Assembly: GCA_009103225.1 (NCBI GenBank)
Contig: RHPI01003079.1
Location: 28,377 to 92,376 of the forward strand
Source of the DNA: Chlorokybus atmophyticus
Taxonomy: Eukaryota; Plantae; Mesostigma and Chlorokybus algae
Direction of reading: 5' to 3'
DNA: 64,000 bases
Shown piece by piece: positions 1 through 12,879 of this stretch (position 1 is the first letter of the stretch; each line of letters begins with the position of its first letter). A model generated the notes under the pieces. It did no database searches and was not told where the DNA came from. It saw only the letters and a list, made by a program, of their open reading frames with translations. The translations under genes were made by a program, and so were the position numbers.

Positions 1-1690
1 GGGGAGAGGGGGCTTTTAGATACGGGTGAAGTTGGTACTATGAGGCAAGCCTTGCTTAGGACATTCGCATCGAATATGTGTAGAATGTGTTTAAACACAT
101 AATGTGTGCATTACCATATGTACCCATTTACAGTGGGCAGTCAGCTTGCTAATTCACATATGGTTATTAACGGCTTAACGTAATCAGCTACAGCTTTATC
201 TTTTTTGCATTGCTTGTGGTTAATATGTTCATTAGGATGATGTCACATATGTGCTTTGTTGCTTGTGCATGTATAACTCACATTGGATGCAATTACTCCA
301 ATGTTGACCTCAACCTTGCAATAAAGCAAAGCAACCGCGCACCAAAAGTTCAGCGCCATTGCGTATCGTACTTGTGAGAGTTGCAAAATTTACATGATTT
401 GTACATCATAATCAAATGCCCATGTCTTGAATGTGATGCATTTTCTTTGACGTAGGGTTGGTAACGTTGATAATAGTGTTACGCACTCGTGTACATTATA
501 ATTCATAGCTTAGCTCAGTTACTTTGTTCGTTCGGTTATGACTTCGGTTGCGGCTTACACGTGCACGCGTTCACTCCTTGTAACGAGCAATCGTAAGATC
601 ACATTATCTCATATACGCAGCTCATGCATTCACAACGCTCACATTCACAATTACGTGTACAATGACAGCAACATCGCCGCCACGAGGCTCAGGCCCAGTA
701 TCACGTCACAATGTACGTCGCTGCTAATACAGCGCTGTGCTGGAGTGTGGGCGACAGCGCGATACTGCAGAACTCTTGATGCGGTCGGCGACCGTCAGCG
801 TAAGAACATTTTGTGCTGGATGCAACATCTTGCGCCTGCCGCAGTATGTTGTATCGCCCATGGCGACGTGTCTGCACGATGGTTGGCCAGGCGGGAGCTG
901 CCGCAGCGTGGCGGTGGCGCTCCCCATGTTGCTGCTGGCCCGGACTAAGTTGAACGCACAGCCTGCCTTAGCTAAGCATGAGCGGAGCCGTCCCATGACA
1001 ATGGCGCTGATGCCGAAGGCAGCGAAGCTGCACTCCTTGTGCTCAGCACATAGTACAACGAGCTGCTGTCTTCTCGAGTAAGCAAGTGTCGGCGTTAGGG
1101 GTTGCTGTGGGATTGTTATATTTGCTACGCCTCCTGCCTTGCGATGCGTTTTTCTGATGTTTGCGTCATTGATTTTACATGGTGACTGACCAGGGACTGA
1201 CGAGTGCCTGACCTTACCTGACCGTACATAACCCTGACGACTTGGGCCATAAAGGGACTAACTGAACTGCCAGTGTATATTGTGGATAACAATTAACGGC
1301 CGATGGCCTATCGTACAATATAATGGACTGCTGCCTGCCTGTCATTACCTGCTTGTAATATATGTCGACGGCCGACCCCCGGTCGTACAGCACCCGCAGC
1401 GGAGACCTACCTGTTATGGCAATAAAGTCACCTCTCAGTCCCCTAATTTCGACGAATGATACGGATTATTTACGTAGTTAATACGACTAACTGCCGGTCG
1501 TATAGCATTTTGCGACGGTGATGTATTAAAAATGGCAAGTGACTTATCAGTCCCAACTTAGGGACGAGCGGTGGCGGTGAGTTGGGACAAGTACCAATAT
1601 ATGATATGATGGAAGTTTCGTCTCAAAACAATACTACGATCGTACTATCGTTATGGTACAGCAGTACCATTACAATGGTACCATTATATA

Positions 1691-1739
1691 GGTACTTTTG
1701 TACCATTACGATGGTACAAAAGTACCATCGTAATGGTAC
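1691..1739. repeat. Overlapping short palindromes (16-bp perfect stem, 4-nt loop)
   Basis: GGTACTTTTGTACCAT-tacg-ATGGTACAAAAGTACC at 1691-1726; 1700-1717 and 1722-1739 are also reverse complements. Confidence 0.85.
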
Positions 1740-2295
1740 GATGGTGTCATAAGGGAAGCCGTTAAGTTATCAAACTCAACAGCCCCCTTGTGAATTCAAA
1801 CGCTAAGCCGCAACACGACGATCAACTGTGCAAGTTGACTTGCGCAGTTGAGCGTTGTGCGGAGGCAGCGGCGGCGGCGGGGGCGGCGGCAGGTATGTGC
1901 TTGTGTGCTTGTGCATGTCTTGTCGTGTAGTGCGTAGCAGCGCAGCGTGACCGCCCTTCCACCCTTCGTGTTGCAGGGCGGCCACCAGGCCAGGCCACGC
2001 GGCGGCAGCGGCGGCCGCCAGCAGGTGCACTGTTGTGGTGGTGGTGGTGGTGTGTATATGATGTGTTGCGCCGCCCTAGCTGACCGCCCCTCTTTCCTCA
2101 GGACGGCCAGGCTAGGAGGGCGGAAGCAGCAGGCAAGCGGCAGCACAAGACTTAGCGGCGGCAGACTGTACGGTAGAAGGTAGTACTACTACCGTAGTAG
2201 TGTAGTAGTATACCGTGGTATGTTAGTGGTGAGGCTTGTACTGTGTAGGTGACATGTATATGAATGTGATGTAATCAAGTTGTGATATATGATTG

Positions 2296-2384
2296 CCGTC
2301 AGTGATGAGTAGGTACCGCATTTATGTGACATCGATTTGCACAGGTGATGTTACACAAACGCGGTACCTACTCATCACTGACGG
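2296..2384. repeat. Long foldback hairpin (24-bp perfect arms plus imperfect inner stem)
   Basis: CCGTCAGTGATGAGTAGGTACCGC (2296-2319) is the exact reverse complement of 2361-2384; inner 13-bp stem has one mismatch and one G-T pair; 13-nt loop. Confidence 0.9.
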
Positions 2385-3311
2385 TACTCTAAGGTACAGT
2401 TAGTCATAACTAGATACCTGGCAGTCTGGGACAAAGTGTCACGCCCAAAGGGCTGGCAAAAGTCACTCTCATGTTCCTTACTTATGTGGTAAGTAAGAAG
2501 AACTAAGTGAGGATCCCGTATAGTCAAGTTGTGTAGTACTTGGCATATGTGCTCATGAAGTTAGTTCTTGTGCACTTAGTGTGCAAGGGCGTTGTAGCTA
2601 CACATAGGCACTGTCTACTAGCAAGCACAGAGCTGGTCGGTGTCATATGTCCGCATGTATATGCATATGGTTGCATATGCATGCATGTGTCCGCACATGA
2701 GTTGCATGCATGTGTCCGCATATGTGCGGATATGAGTGATGTATGCATGTGTATGCATATGTATGAGGTCCTAGACTGATGTGACCAGCCTTGGGCGTTC
2801 ACAATGTCCAAGGCTGATGTGTGATCAGTCTTGGGCGTTGACAAGATGTCCTAGGGCTGATGTGGCAGCTCTTAGGCATGAGTATAGGTCAACGCAGCCA
2901 TGACAAGGCAAGTAGCCTTGGACATGGTTGTTCTAGGTCGGAGAGCAGCAAAGAGGGGGTATATGAACGGCCTCAACAAGTGTTGAGGCAGCTCAGCATG
3001 TGCATACTCAACTCTTGTGTGTGGGGTGCCTAGTTCAGTTGTTCAAGGGGCTCTCCCTCTCATCCCAAGTGGGGTGTAGTGTCCGTAGCAGCCTTGCACG
3101 TGAGTAGGGTGTGCTTGAGTGTGTGTGAGCTGAGTGGAGGGTTTGTTGTGTATTCTCTCCATCCCGTTGCGGTGCGTCATTCCTTCAACAAGGTGCTGCA
3201 CCGTGGTATGTTGCGAAGAAGTTCTTGTGCGTGTGCACAAGTATGTGACATACACGAGCAGGTAAGTGTGTGTGCCACGTCACACAAAGTTACCACAAAG
3301 TTGCCGGTATC

Positions 3312-3470
3312 TAACTGATAAGTACCGGTCAGATACCTGTTGGTTAGGCTAAGTCACCTTTGCTTAACTGATAGGTATCTTACAGGTACGGTTGGTTAGA
3401 TCAAGTCCCTTTTGCTTGACTAATAAGTACCTGACAAGTACCTGTCGGTCTAGGTCAGTCCCTTTGTGTA
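3312..3470. repeat. Degenerate ~53-bp tandem repeat, 3 units
   Basis: Units begin TAACTGATAAGTACC / TAACTGATAGGTATC / TGACTAATAAGTACC and end AGTC(A/C)C(C/T)TT(T)G. Confidence 0.6.
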
Positions 3471-6103
3471 AACGGCCGGGGACGGCCGTTATGCTTAGGT
3501 CTCTGTATCGAGATTACAGGTAAATTGAGCCCGGCCAGTCCAAATGAGTATCCTCAGGTGCACGGCCGTTACCAGTATTTAATCGGCCGGCGGGGGAAAC
3601 ATTTTGCGACGTGTTTGACTGACCTGGTTAGCGCTCTCCCTTGGTTATTGTCACTCACTTGCGTTGCCTGTTCAGGTTGCTTGTCCAGCGCAATACATGA
3701 ACAATTAGGAGCCTACGTTGAACCTGTTAACGAATCTGTCCCGCTGGGTTGCGTTCAAAGCTTGATGCCATGCTGAAGCCAACCTCTGCGCTGAGTATGT
3801 AAGTGCGCTTGCGCCTGTCAGCTAGGGTTCGCATGCTCCGCAGCCTTCCTACCACAGAAAGGGTAGCAAGACCTGCTCGGACCCTTTTCGTCAGTGGTTT
3901 GCTGAGATAGACTTTTTTACTATCTTAATAGGAAGCTAGCCGTTTTTGCTTAGTATGGGTGTGGCCAGCTGGTGCCATTCCTGGTGATTAAATTGCAAAC
4001 ATACCAAACGACCACAAGTTGTTGAAGGTTTGCTGTTGCCTTTGCTGAACTATGAGTGGTGGTAGGTGCTGAAGCTTCTGGGAACAATGCAACACCGAGA
4101 GCATGGAGCAAGGAGTCATGATTTGCGCTCGATTGCCAAGCCTTTTTTCAGGTAATCTGACATTTCCATGCAAATTCCCTTGAACTGGAACTCGAGATGA
4201 CGAAAACTACCTTTAGGAAGTGTCGTATGATGCATTGCATGTAGGTGCCCGCCAACCGATCCCGCTGCTTCGGCAGCGCCCGGCTGCGCGCAGTGTCTGT
4301 GCAGAAGACTTAGCACGGGTCTCTAAGAGTTCCACGTTATTTGTGTTACTGCCAGTGCTGGGCCGTTGTCAACAATTGAACGTGTGTCGCCTGTCAATCC
4401 ACCGAGCTGTATGAAATATTATTACTATTCTCTGAAAAGAGTATTGCATTTGCGCCTGCCACTGGCACTGTCTTGTACATGGGAAGAGTTGATGATCATG
4501 ACGTCTTCCTCCTGGTCATCTGATGCATTACTGTGCATGATGACCTGTAATTTTCTTTCACTCCTATCTGATCTTCCCATCAGAAATGCCTGGCGTCATG
4601 TCTTGCAACATGCACGTCATTTGCCATATTATAGTTTGCTCGCGCACGTATGCAAATGCGCATATCAAGCACACATTGCTTTTGTCTCGCAGTTTTATTG
4701 CGATGGGTTAAGTACGGCGCAAACACAGGCATCGTGGTGGACACACCGCCTCATGCGTGTTCCGAGCAAAATAGGTCAGCATGTTGACACTTCACATGGT
4801 GTTGTGTGGTGTCTCACTTTGACCTAGATTGACTGCAAAATTGGAATTACCGGCTGAGTACTTCTTCAGTTGTAAGCTCTATGGTGACATCTCATGGCTG
4901 CCTGAGGCCTGTGTGAGGAGTTTTGCATGCGACTGCTATCCGCTATGTGGATAAACTGGTGTTTGAACTAGAGATCTGAGCCTATCAGGCCAGTGACGAT
5001 TACCACCCTTGGCTGTCTGTGCGGAAGAGCACTTTGAGTCTGTGTTGCATCAACTATTAATACCCTTGGTCGTTTTGCCATACCATGGGGTTGTAATGGC
5101 CCTGATGCTACATAACAAGTGTGGTCATTCTGGAGCAATGGGCATGTTTGCATGGTCCCTGCGAGTTCCGGGAAAGCCATCGCATATTAGTGTGTCTTTT
5201 AACAACTATTGCAGTGTGCTCACCCAGTACCGCTATTGTGCAGTTTCAGTGGAGTGGCAGATGTAAAGCCATGAAGGCGCAGGGGCATCCGCGTCGCAGG
5301 CGGGCAATTGCGGCTGTAGCTACTTGTTGCAGATACACGTTGTTGTTGGCTTAGGGAAAGGCTGTGCCATTGACTCCCGTTCCTTGCATAGCTTGCTACA
5401 CAGCAGCTGTCCGAGTTATATCAGCATTCCGTCCTCATTTGCAATCATGCGCAGCGTGCATGCATGTGTCAGCCAAGAAGCACTTGCCATGAGTTGGAGG
5501 AGCATGGTGTACAACTTGTGTCGGCGTGTTCAGGGCTTCCTAGGTTGGCTGGGATGCAATGGATGTCTCTTGTGTCTGGCTGTGCAGGTTCCCACAACAT
5601 CACAAGGCGACTACGGCATGTAGCCAATATGTACTGCTGCTTTTGCCATTGAATGTCTCAACACTATGCACTCGGCACAGCAGCAAACCCCTTTTGTTCA
5701 CTGAAGCTGCAATATATAGCGCAACCAAGAAAAGTATGCTGTGTACAGGATATGCGCGGGGTTGTGTACGACCATCGATGTGGTTGTCTACACAGCATAA
5801 CAGCATAAGAGCGTGCTTTTCCTGGTGGAGGTGGGTGTACCATGGATGTGATTGTGCACCCACCTCCATCACTCATCTCGGGTGCAGATGCACTATCAGT
5901 TGTTCTTATGCACAGCTGTGCGTGATCTCTGCAAGTCCTCTCATGGAGCACATCATTGTTGTGCCACACTTGCAGCAAACAGTGTGTAACTTGTCAAGCG
6001 ACCTTGCCACAGGCACAACAACGCAATCAATGTAGACGCAACTATCTGCGACAAACTACGCAGACCACAGCTGTACACAAAATCCAAGACAACATGTCAA
6101 GTG

Positions 6104-9100
6104 TTACAACTTTGAAGTGTTTGTCCGGGCAGCAGCACGCCTCAACTCGAGCTTTGCAAGTGTGCCCAGATGCACTTCATCAGGCCCATCAGCAATTCTC
6201 AGCGTGCGAGCAGCAGCCCACAGGTGTGCCAGCGGGAAATCCCCGCTGACACCAGCGCCACCATGAATCTGGATGGCATGGTCCACAACCAGCAATGCAG
6301 CTCGTGGAGCCGCCACCTTTGCCGCTGCCACCTCACCTTGAGCCCCCTTGAAACCCTTTGCGTCCAAAGCATGGGCCGCTCGTCTCACGAGCAAACGTGC
6401 GCTGTCCACCTCAATACGGCACTGCGATGTTGCACATGGCGAGCGCGTTAGCTGATGACAATGACAATACGCATGGCCCCAACCCAACACAGGGTTCAAT
6501 GCGTGCTTACCGTTGCCAGGCGTTCTGCCGTGCTGCCAAGTTGGGAGAGAGTACTGCCGAAAGCAGTTCGAGCGAGAGAACGCTGTGCGGCCAGAGTGAG
6601 TGCACGCTCGGCAGCACCAACCAGGCGCATGCAGTGATGTAGACGGCCAGGACCCAGCCGGCCCTGGAAAGAAAGAGAAAGTGAGGAGATGCGTGCGTGT
6701 TCAACCCTTCGTCAAGGACAGGCTGCGACTCAGACACATTCACATATCAGCAGCCTCACCTGGGCAATCTCAAAGCCTCGGCCTTCGCCAAGTATGAGGT
6801 TGCTGCAAGGAACGCGCACATTGTCGAAGGAGACCTCGGCATGACCGTGTGGGGCGTCATCAAACCTACCAAAGACACGGCACCAATGAATGGTGTTGCA
6901 AGGGTATGTGCATGCAATCAAAGTATGCTTGAGGCGTCAGTACTTACCCAAAGACCGTCAGGGGCCTCTTGACCGTCAACCCAGAAGTGTCCATCAGCAC
7001 GATGAGCATGGATTGCTGCTTATGCGTGGGTGCAGATATATCCGTTTTGCCCTATCATAACAGCCTGGTGACCCTGTGTGCATGTACACAAGCAACGCAA
7101 ATGCAAGCGATGCTCTGCACATTGTTGGTAACGTTGCTCACCATGAATATGCAAAACTTGCACCTTGGGTCCATGGCACCACTCGCCCACCACTTTAACC
7201 CGTTAACAATATACTCGTTTTTCGCCTTTTGAATCTGTGAACCAATGTTGGTTGCGTCGCTGCTTGCCACGGCCGGCTCCGTCATGCAGAAGCAGCTTCT
7301 GCAGTCGCCAAGCAGGAGCGGACGCAGATACGCCCGTTGTTGTTCAGGGGATGCATATCGCGCTAGGACCTGCGGATGCAAGTCAACGACGGCGTCATTG
7401 TCAAGCAACACTGACAGTGGTGTCGATTGCATGGCGGCGCACACCATATAATTGGCAGACTTGGCATGGATGAATGTGCACAGTTGTTGAGCACACAAGT
7501 AATGCCAGAACAGTACTGTCCATGACGTTGGATTTCCAAACCTCCATGTTGCCGGTATCAGGCGCGCTGCAATTGAAGACCTCGGGTGCCCACAAGCTTC
7601 TGCCCATGACCTCGCATAAAGGAGCATACTCCAGGTTGGTCAAACCTTCAACGGCAAGAGCTTGTTTAGGTTCTGCGTTCTTCACGAAAGACCCAATGCA
7701 GAGAGGAGTTCAGGTAATGAACTTGCCTGCTCCCAACAGGTGCTCTTCCGCTTGTCCTCCACTGAGCAATCCCTTAACTTTCTCAGCAGTGTCTTTTGGC
7801 AACCACAAGTTCCATAGCCCTTGCTTCTTGGCCAGCCGTTTGAGCTCCTCTTGCAAAGGGTGGATAGTCCAGCGCTTGTCGGACAACGCATGCGCTTCAA
7901 GGATTTGTTCAGCTGGATAGATGTGCCTGTATGGGGAGCAGCAACAGCAAGTTTGTTGCAAATCATTTCCTTTGTCAACCACCTCGGTGCTTTGCGTGCG
8001 TAAGACTGCACCTGTCCATGAAAGCCTCCAGTTTTTCCAACAGCACTGCAACCCTAGTGGAACGTTGCCCCGATGTACTCACAACGTCCTCCTCATTCGC
8101 TACGCGCTCCGTTAAGCGTGCCACGGCAGGCGCAGACGAAGACTTGGTGACTTTCAGTGCACTTGTGGCGAGGACGGTCACAAGGGGACCCATCTGTGCA
8201 GCATTGGTAGCAGAGGCATTGCCCTGCGCAACAGTTTCAGTTTACGAGTATGGGTATGAGTGATTGCACTGCTTTGTGCACAGCCAACAACAACTGCCAG
8301 CATACCTGTAGCGCTCTACGATAGACTCCTGCGAGAATAGCTGCAGCACGAAACATGCTCAGCGCAAGGTAGAAAGGCCACGATGGCCCGGGTTGCGCGA
8401 CACCCTGGAGGGCATTCAACACGAATGAGCCAATGCAGGTGAGTTGAATTATGCTGCACAACTCAGTAACATAACGACCATACAGACATGTGGGGGGACA
8501 ATGGTTACCCGTGCATCGCAGTAAACTGCAATGAACTCCTGTTCCGAGAGCATCCCAGCTGGTAGTTGCCCAGGTGTCTCCTGCGGTACAATGTACGTGC
8601 TTGATACTGTGCCACAAGCACAATTCCCAAAGCGAGACTGACCTGCAGTGAGAACTGCATGATGCCAGGTGGCAGTCTGTAGCCCATGCACGCGTATGAC
8701 AAGTCCGAATACGCGTTACCCAATGTAGAGAGCTCCCAGTCCAGCACCGCCAGGACTCTGGGCTGAAAACTGTGCGGGTTAGCACATGAGTGCTGATAAA
8801 TATTATTCACAGCAAAGACATAAGCACACCTCTGTCGGATGAAACACCAGGTTGTCCAGCCTGAAGTCGCCATGCACAATTGTGTTGTAACTGGTCCTGT
8901 CCTCGTGGGGAACGTGCGCTCGCAGCCATGAGATCAACTCATCTACCACAGGTTGCTCTTCAATTTTGCTCGCCTCGTACTGCCGAGCCCATCGCTCTAC
9001 CTGGCATGGACATTACTGTGTAGCGTTGTTCATGTTGAAACATTACCACACTGTATGCCTTATGGGATAACCTGCCGGGCACAGTAATTGTCAGGGCGTC

Positions 9101-10196
9101 CATAATCGCTCAACCCCACTGCACGTGCGTTGATAGCATGAAGCGCCGCCAAAGTGCGTGCAACAGCAGCGAACAGCGCACGCCTTTCTGCTGGCTGACA
9201 TTCCTGCATTGCGCAAGTCATATGATTAAAGATACCAGAATGTAAGGCGACGAGCGCATTGCACATGGGTGGTTACTTACTGGCAAGAGTGGGTTGGTGA
9301 GAATACGTCCCTCAACATACTCCATGATGTAGAAGGGCGTGCCAATCACACTCTCGTCGGTGCACAGACAGTACACTTTGGGCACCGGCACTTTGCTACT
9401 CTGCAGCAAGCCAAAATTAACATGATGTCCTTCATTGCAGGAAGCAGTTCACAGTGTGGTCAGCTGTGATCGTTTCTACTGTCTTGGGAGTTGTCTCAAA
9501 TGCCTGCACTGTAACTGTTTGCACGTGAACGCCCTCAGTGCTTACATAAGACGGGGCACACCCTTTTACCTGCAGTGCAGCGAGCACCCTGTACTCTCTT
9601 TCAACCGCGTGAGCGGACGGCAGCAGCTTGCCAGCGGGCTTCTTGCGCAGAACATAACGCTGCTGCGCATCCGTTTGCAGCAAGTATGTTGGGTTGGACT
9701 GCCCATGCGAGAACTGCGAGCACATTCACAAATGTCAGGGAAGCATAATCTCTTATGACGGACTTCGTATCAGCGCTAACTCTGATAACACAGGACAACA
9801 CACAACGCCATGCTTTGACAGAGTGTCTCAAAAGAGTCTGCTGAGGGAAATCAGCTGTTGTGCCAGCAAATTGCAATTGTCTGATGTGACCTTGTTCAGC
9901 AAATACCAACGCCATTTTAACAAGAGCCTGCAAACTTCTGTCACCTACACCCAAGCTAGTTCGACAGACATGCTGCATGCCAACTTTCTATGCTAGCGCT
10001 CACTCCAGGCTGCTTCTGCTCAAACGCAACGACACCACCACTTACGCACTTTGCTGATAGAGAATCCCCCTTCCTCCGCTGCCGACAGCAGCTTGAAGCC
10101 AGCCACGTGTCGGCTCATGTACTGTGCCAGCGCCGTCCTGTCCAGCATCTCGTGCTGCGCATGGGCGGCGGCGCCACTCTCCATGTCGGCCAGCAT
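6104..10196 (-). CDS. IBR3: Peroxisomal bifunctional phosphotransferase (APH-like) + acyl-CoA dehydrogenase, ACAD10/ACAD11/IBR3 family; multi-exon
   Basis: Exons in order: MLADMESG...[150 protein letters not shown]; C-terminal SKL (PTS1) then TAA at 6104-6106. First intron 9714-10049 (GTGCGT...CAG) joins SISK to FSHGQ in frame. Start could be ATG 10184 instead. Confidence 0.95.
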
Positions 10197-11331
10197 GTGT
10201 TTGTGCTCCGAGCCTATGCCTTCACCTCACCTCCTCCGCTCTGACAATGCCTCGACCCCAGTACCCCACCCTGCCGCCGGCGACGACGCCACCAGCAGCA
10301 GCCACTTCACCTTTCCGCGAACCACAACACTTGTTTACGACCTTACTTCGGGATGCTTGTTGTTGCTGTTGTTGTTAATTTCGGAATGATGGGGCGGCGG
10401 CGAAGCGCCTGTGGCTGGTAAGCTGCGACCGTCACGGTAAGATTGTAATCACACCAAGTCTATCTATATATCTATCTATCTGCCTTTGAACAAAACATGC
10501 ATAGCGTGCATGCAAGTCAAGGCACATGCACATGCTAGGTAAGCAAGCGCATACCAACATCAGCCATGCAAACTCGCCATCACCGTGTTTAAACACACCA
10601 CCATCGGGCTGTTCAAAACTGCCTTCACTACTACCACTACGACCACATACAACACTAACCACCAACCCCAGTAGTCGTGCACGCATACAAGCACACCTAT
10701 TACTTGCACGCAGCAAGTTGTGTGTATGCCATCTGGATATGCGTGTGCCATCTCCACCATATATGACAGCATGCGTGCCACTCCCGCACGCAGTGCTCAT
10801 ACCAAGTGGCATAGATTATCTCACAACACATGCCCATCAACAGTCCGTGCAAAGAATTGGGAGCAAAACCTAATATGCATTCAGCCAACATACTCGCATC
10901 CATGCTCAATACTGTCGCCAACAAGCATATCGTATCATACCATATTGTGTGTGTGTGCTGAGCAATGCTGCACGTATGTGTGCTCACACCACCCCCACTC
11001 CTACCATGCCACAGCGACATGCAACTCATGCTAGTTCTCAGTTGCACGCCTGCACATAGTAATGCAAAACGGAACGAAAAAGCGTAACGGAGGTTGCGTG
11101 CCTAGTGCCATCAGTGATGCATGCTCATGCTTCATTGTCAATGGTGGGGCATTCATCACGTGTAAACAATGTTACACAGAGCATGGAACTAATCACATGC
11201 ACACCCATTGATGGGTGTCTTTGTTCAAGGGGTTACGCAATGATATTACATATGCAATGCAAGCCAACGCATCACTTCATGCACGTGCGCATGCATGAGT
11301 AGCCGCTCCCCCCCACCCCCACCCCCCACCC

Positions 11332-11728
11332 NNNNNNNNNNNNNNNNNNNNNNNNNNNNNNNNNNNNNNNNNNNNNNNNNNNNNNNNNNNNNNNNNNNNN
11401 NNNNNNNNNNNNNNNNNNNNNNNNNNNNNNNNNNNNNNNNNNNNNNNNNNNNNNNNNNNNNNNNNNNNNNNNNNNNNNNNNNNNNNNNNNNNNNNNNNNN
11501 NNNNNNNNNNNNNNNNNNNNNNNNNNNNNNNNNNNNNNNNNNNNNNNNNNNNNNNNNNNNNNNNNNNNNNNNNNNNNNNNNNNNNNNNNNNNNNNNNNNN
11601 NNNNNNNNNNNNNNNNNNNNNNNNNNNNNNNNNNNNNNNNNNNNNNNNNNNNNNNNNNNNNNNNNNNNNNNNNNNNNNNNNNNNNNNNNNNNNNNNNNNN
11701 NNNNNNNNNNNNNNNNNNNNNNNNNNNN
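11332..11728. other. Assembly gap (397 N)
   Basis: Run of N. Confidence 1.
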
Positions 11729-11956
11729 GGGTTATGTTAGAGAAAGGGGGATTGTAATGTGAGCGCCACGCGAGTCACCGCTCAGATGCGTCATTTAAGT
11801 TGGATGACGTATTCATGCGGTGTGCCATGTGTCATTCATACTCAATAACAGTAACAAGCCGGCACACGGTACGTACAGTGTCTCAAGCCTTATACCTGAT
11901 TGAGCCTCGCAACTTTTAGGCTATACATCAACATCCGTTATATATACCATGCATGA

Positions 11957-12130
11957 CACACAACGTTTAAAGACCATGCATGGTCCTTTCATGGCCCTCG
12001 CGGACTATGTATCCACGGGCCAGGACTGCTTGGTCCGCGGGGGACGGACCGTTCCTGGTCCGTTCGGGGCCCTGAATCCTGGTGCGCAGTTGTGCACCAG
12101 GCATGGTGCGCGGCCGGACCAGATACATGT
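11957..12130 (+). mobile_element. Degenerate left end of the CACAC-terminus DNA transposon family seen at 18871-27221
   Basis: CACAC then AACGTTTAAAGACCATGCATGGTCC, matching the TIR segment ACGTTCAAGGACCATGAATGGTCC at 21/24 nt, followed by GGACC/GGTCC subterminal motifs. Similar motifs at 15140-15290 may be the other end. Confidence 0.5.
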
Positions 12131-12879
12131 ATCCCTCGCTAGGGGCATATGTTTATCTTCAACCATCTTATGCTCTTGGCGGGGTCATTCTCCAAGCGTT
12201 TAACAGCATAATATGCTCTTGACTGCCAAGAGACCTAATATGCAATCAGCGGGGTTTTGTGTATAATACATGTATCGCTGTAGCACGGTGAGCAATAAAG
12301 CTCAACAATGCCCATGTTGCTACATTCTTGCTTGAATACCATACAATGCGTTTATTGCTGTAGTCAGATGAATCCAAACTACATTCTTGCAGTAGTTTTA
12401 TGACATGCAGCCAAGATGCTGTGATTATAACTCATTGTTTGATGTACAACTGCTGAACTTGTCAATGGCTTGTAATGTGTTTAGAGTGCGACTTTTGTGT
12501 ATGATGCAAAGCATGCACGCACACTTGCATGCATGTCTCATGCCTTGAACAGAATGAAAGTTCGCATGTACATCAAACATCTCAGCCATTAGTCATTAAC
12601 TACAAAAGGGTCTTCGGACGTTGCACTGGTGGTGGCTGCATGTGATATTGATGCCTCATTGCTCGAGGCATGAAAGAACTCGTGCAAGCATGTCTGGTGC
12701 GAGAAGCCAAATAGCTGATGACGAATTACCACATTGCGGATGTGCCGCAACGCCAACTGTAGATGCTCAGGCATAAAGCACTCACCGCCGGCGACAAAGG
12801 CCTCAACACTGTCCAAGTGCTGAAGACACCCGAACGTCGTCACAACCGGCGGTGCGCACTCATCATCATCTGCAATGTG

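Noticed and set aside
538-5978. Short ORFs as host genes, including 3988-4316
   Set aside because: No recognisable motifs or consistent exon chain; overlapping ORFs in many frames look random. A poorly conserved gene cannot be excluded.
11295-11762. 155-aa ORF
   Set aside because: Spans the N gap.
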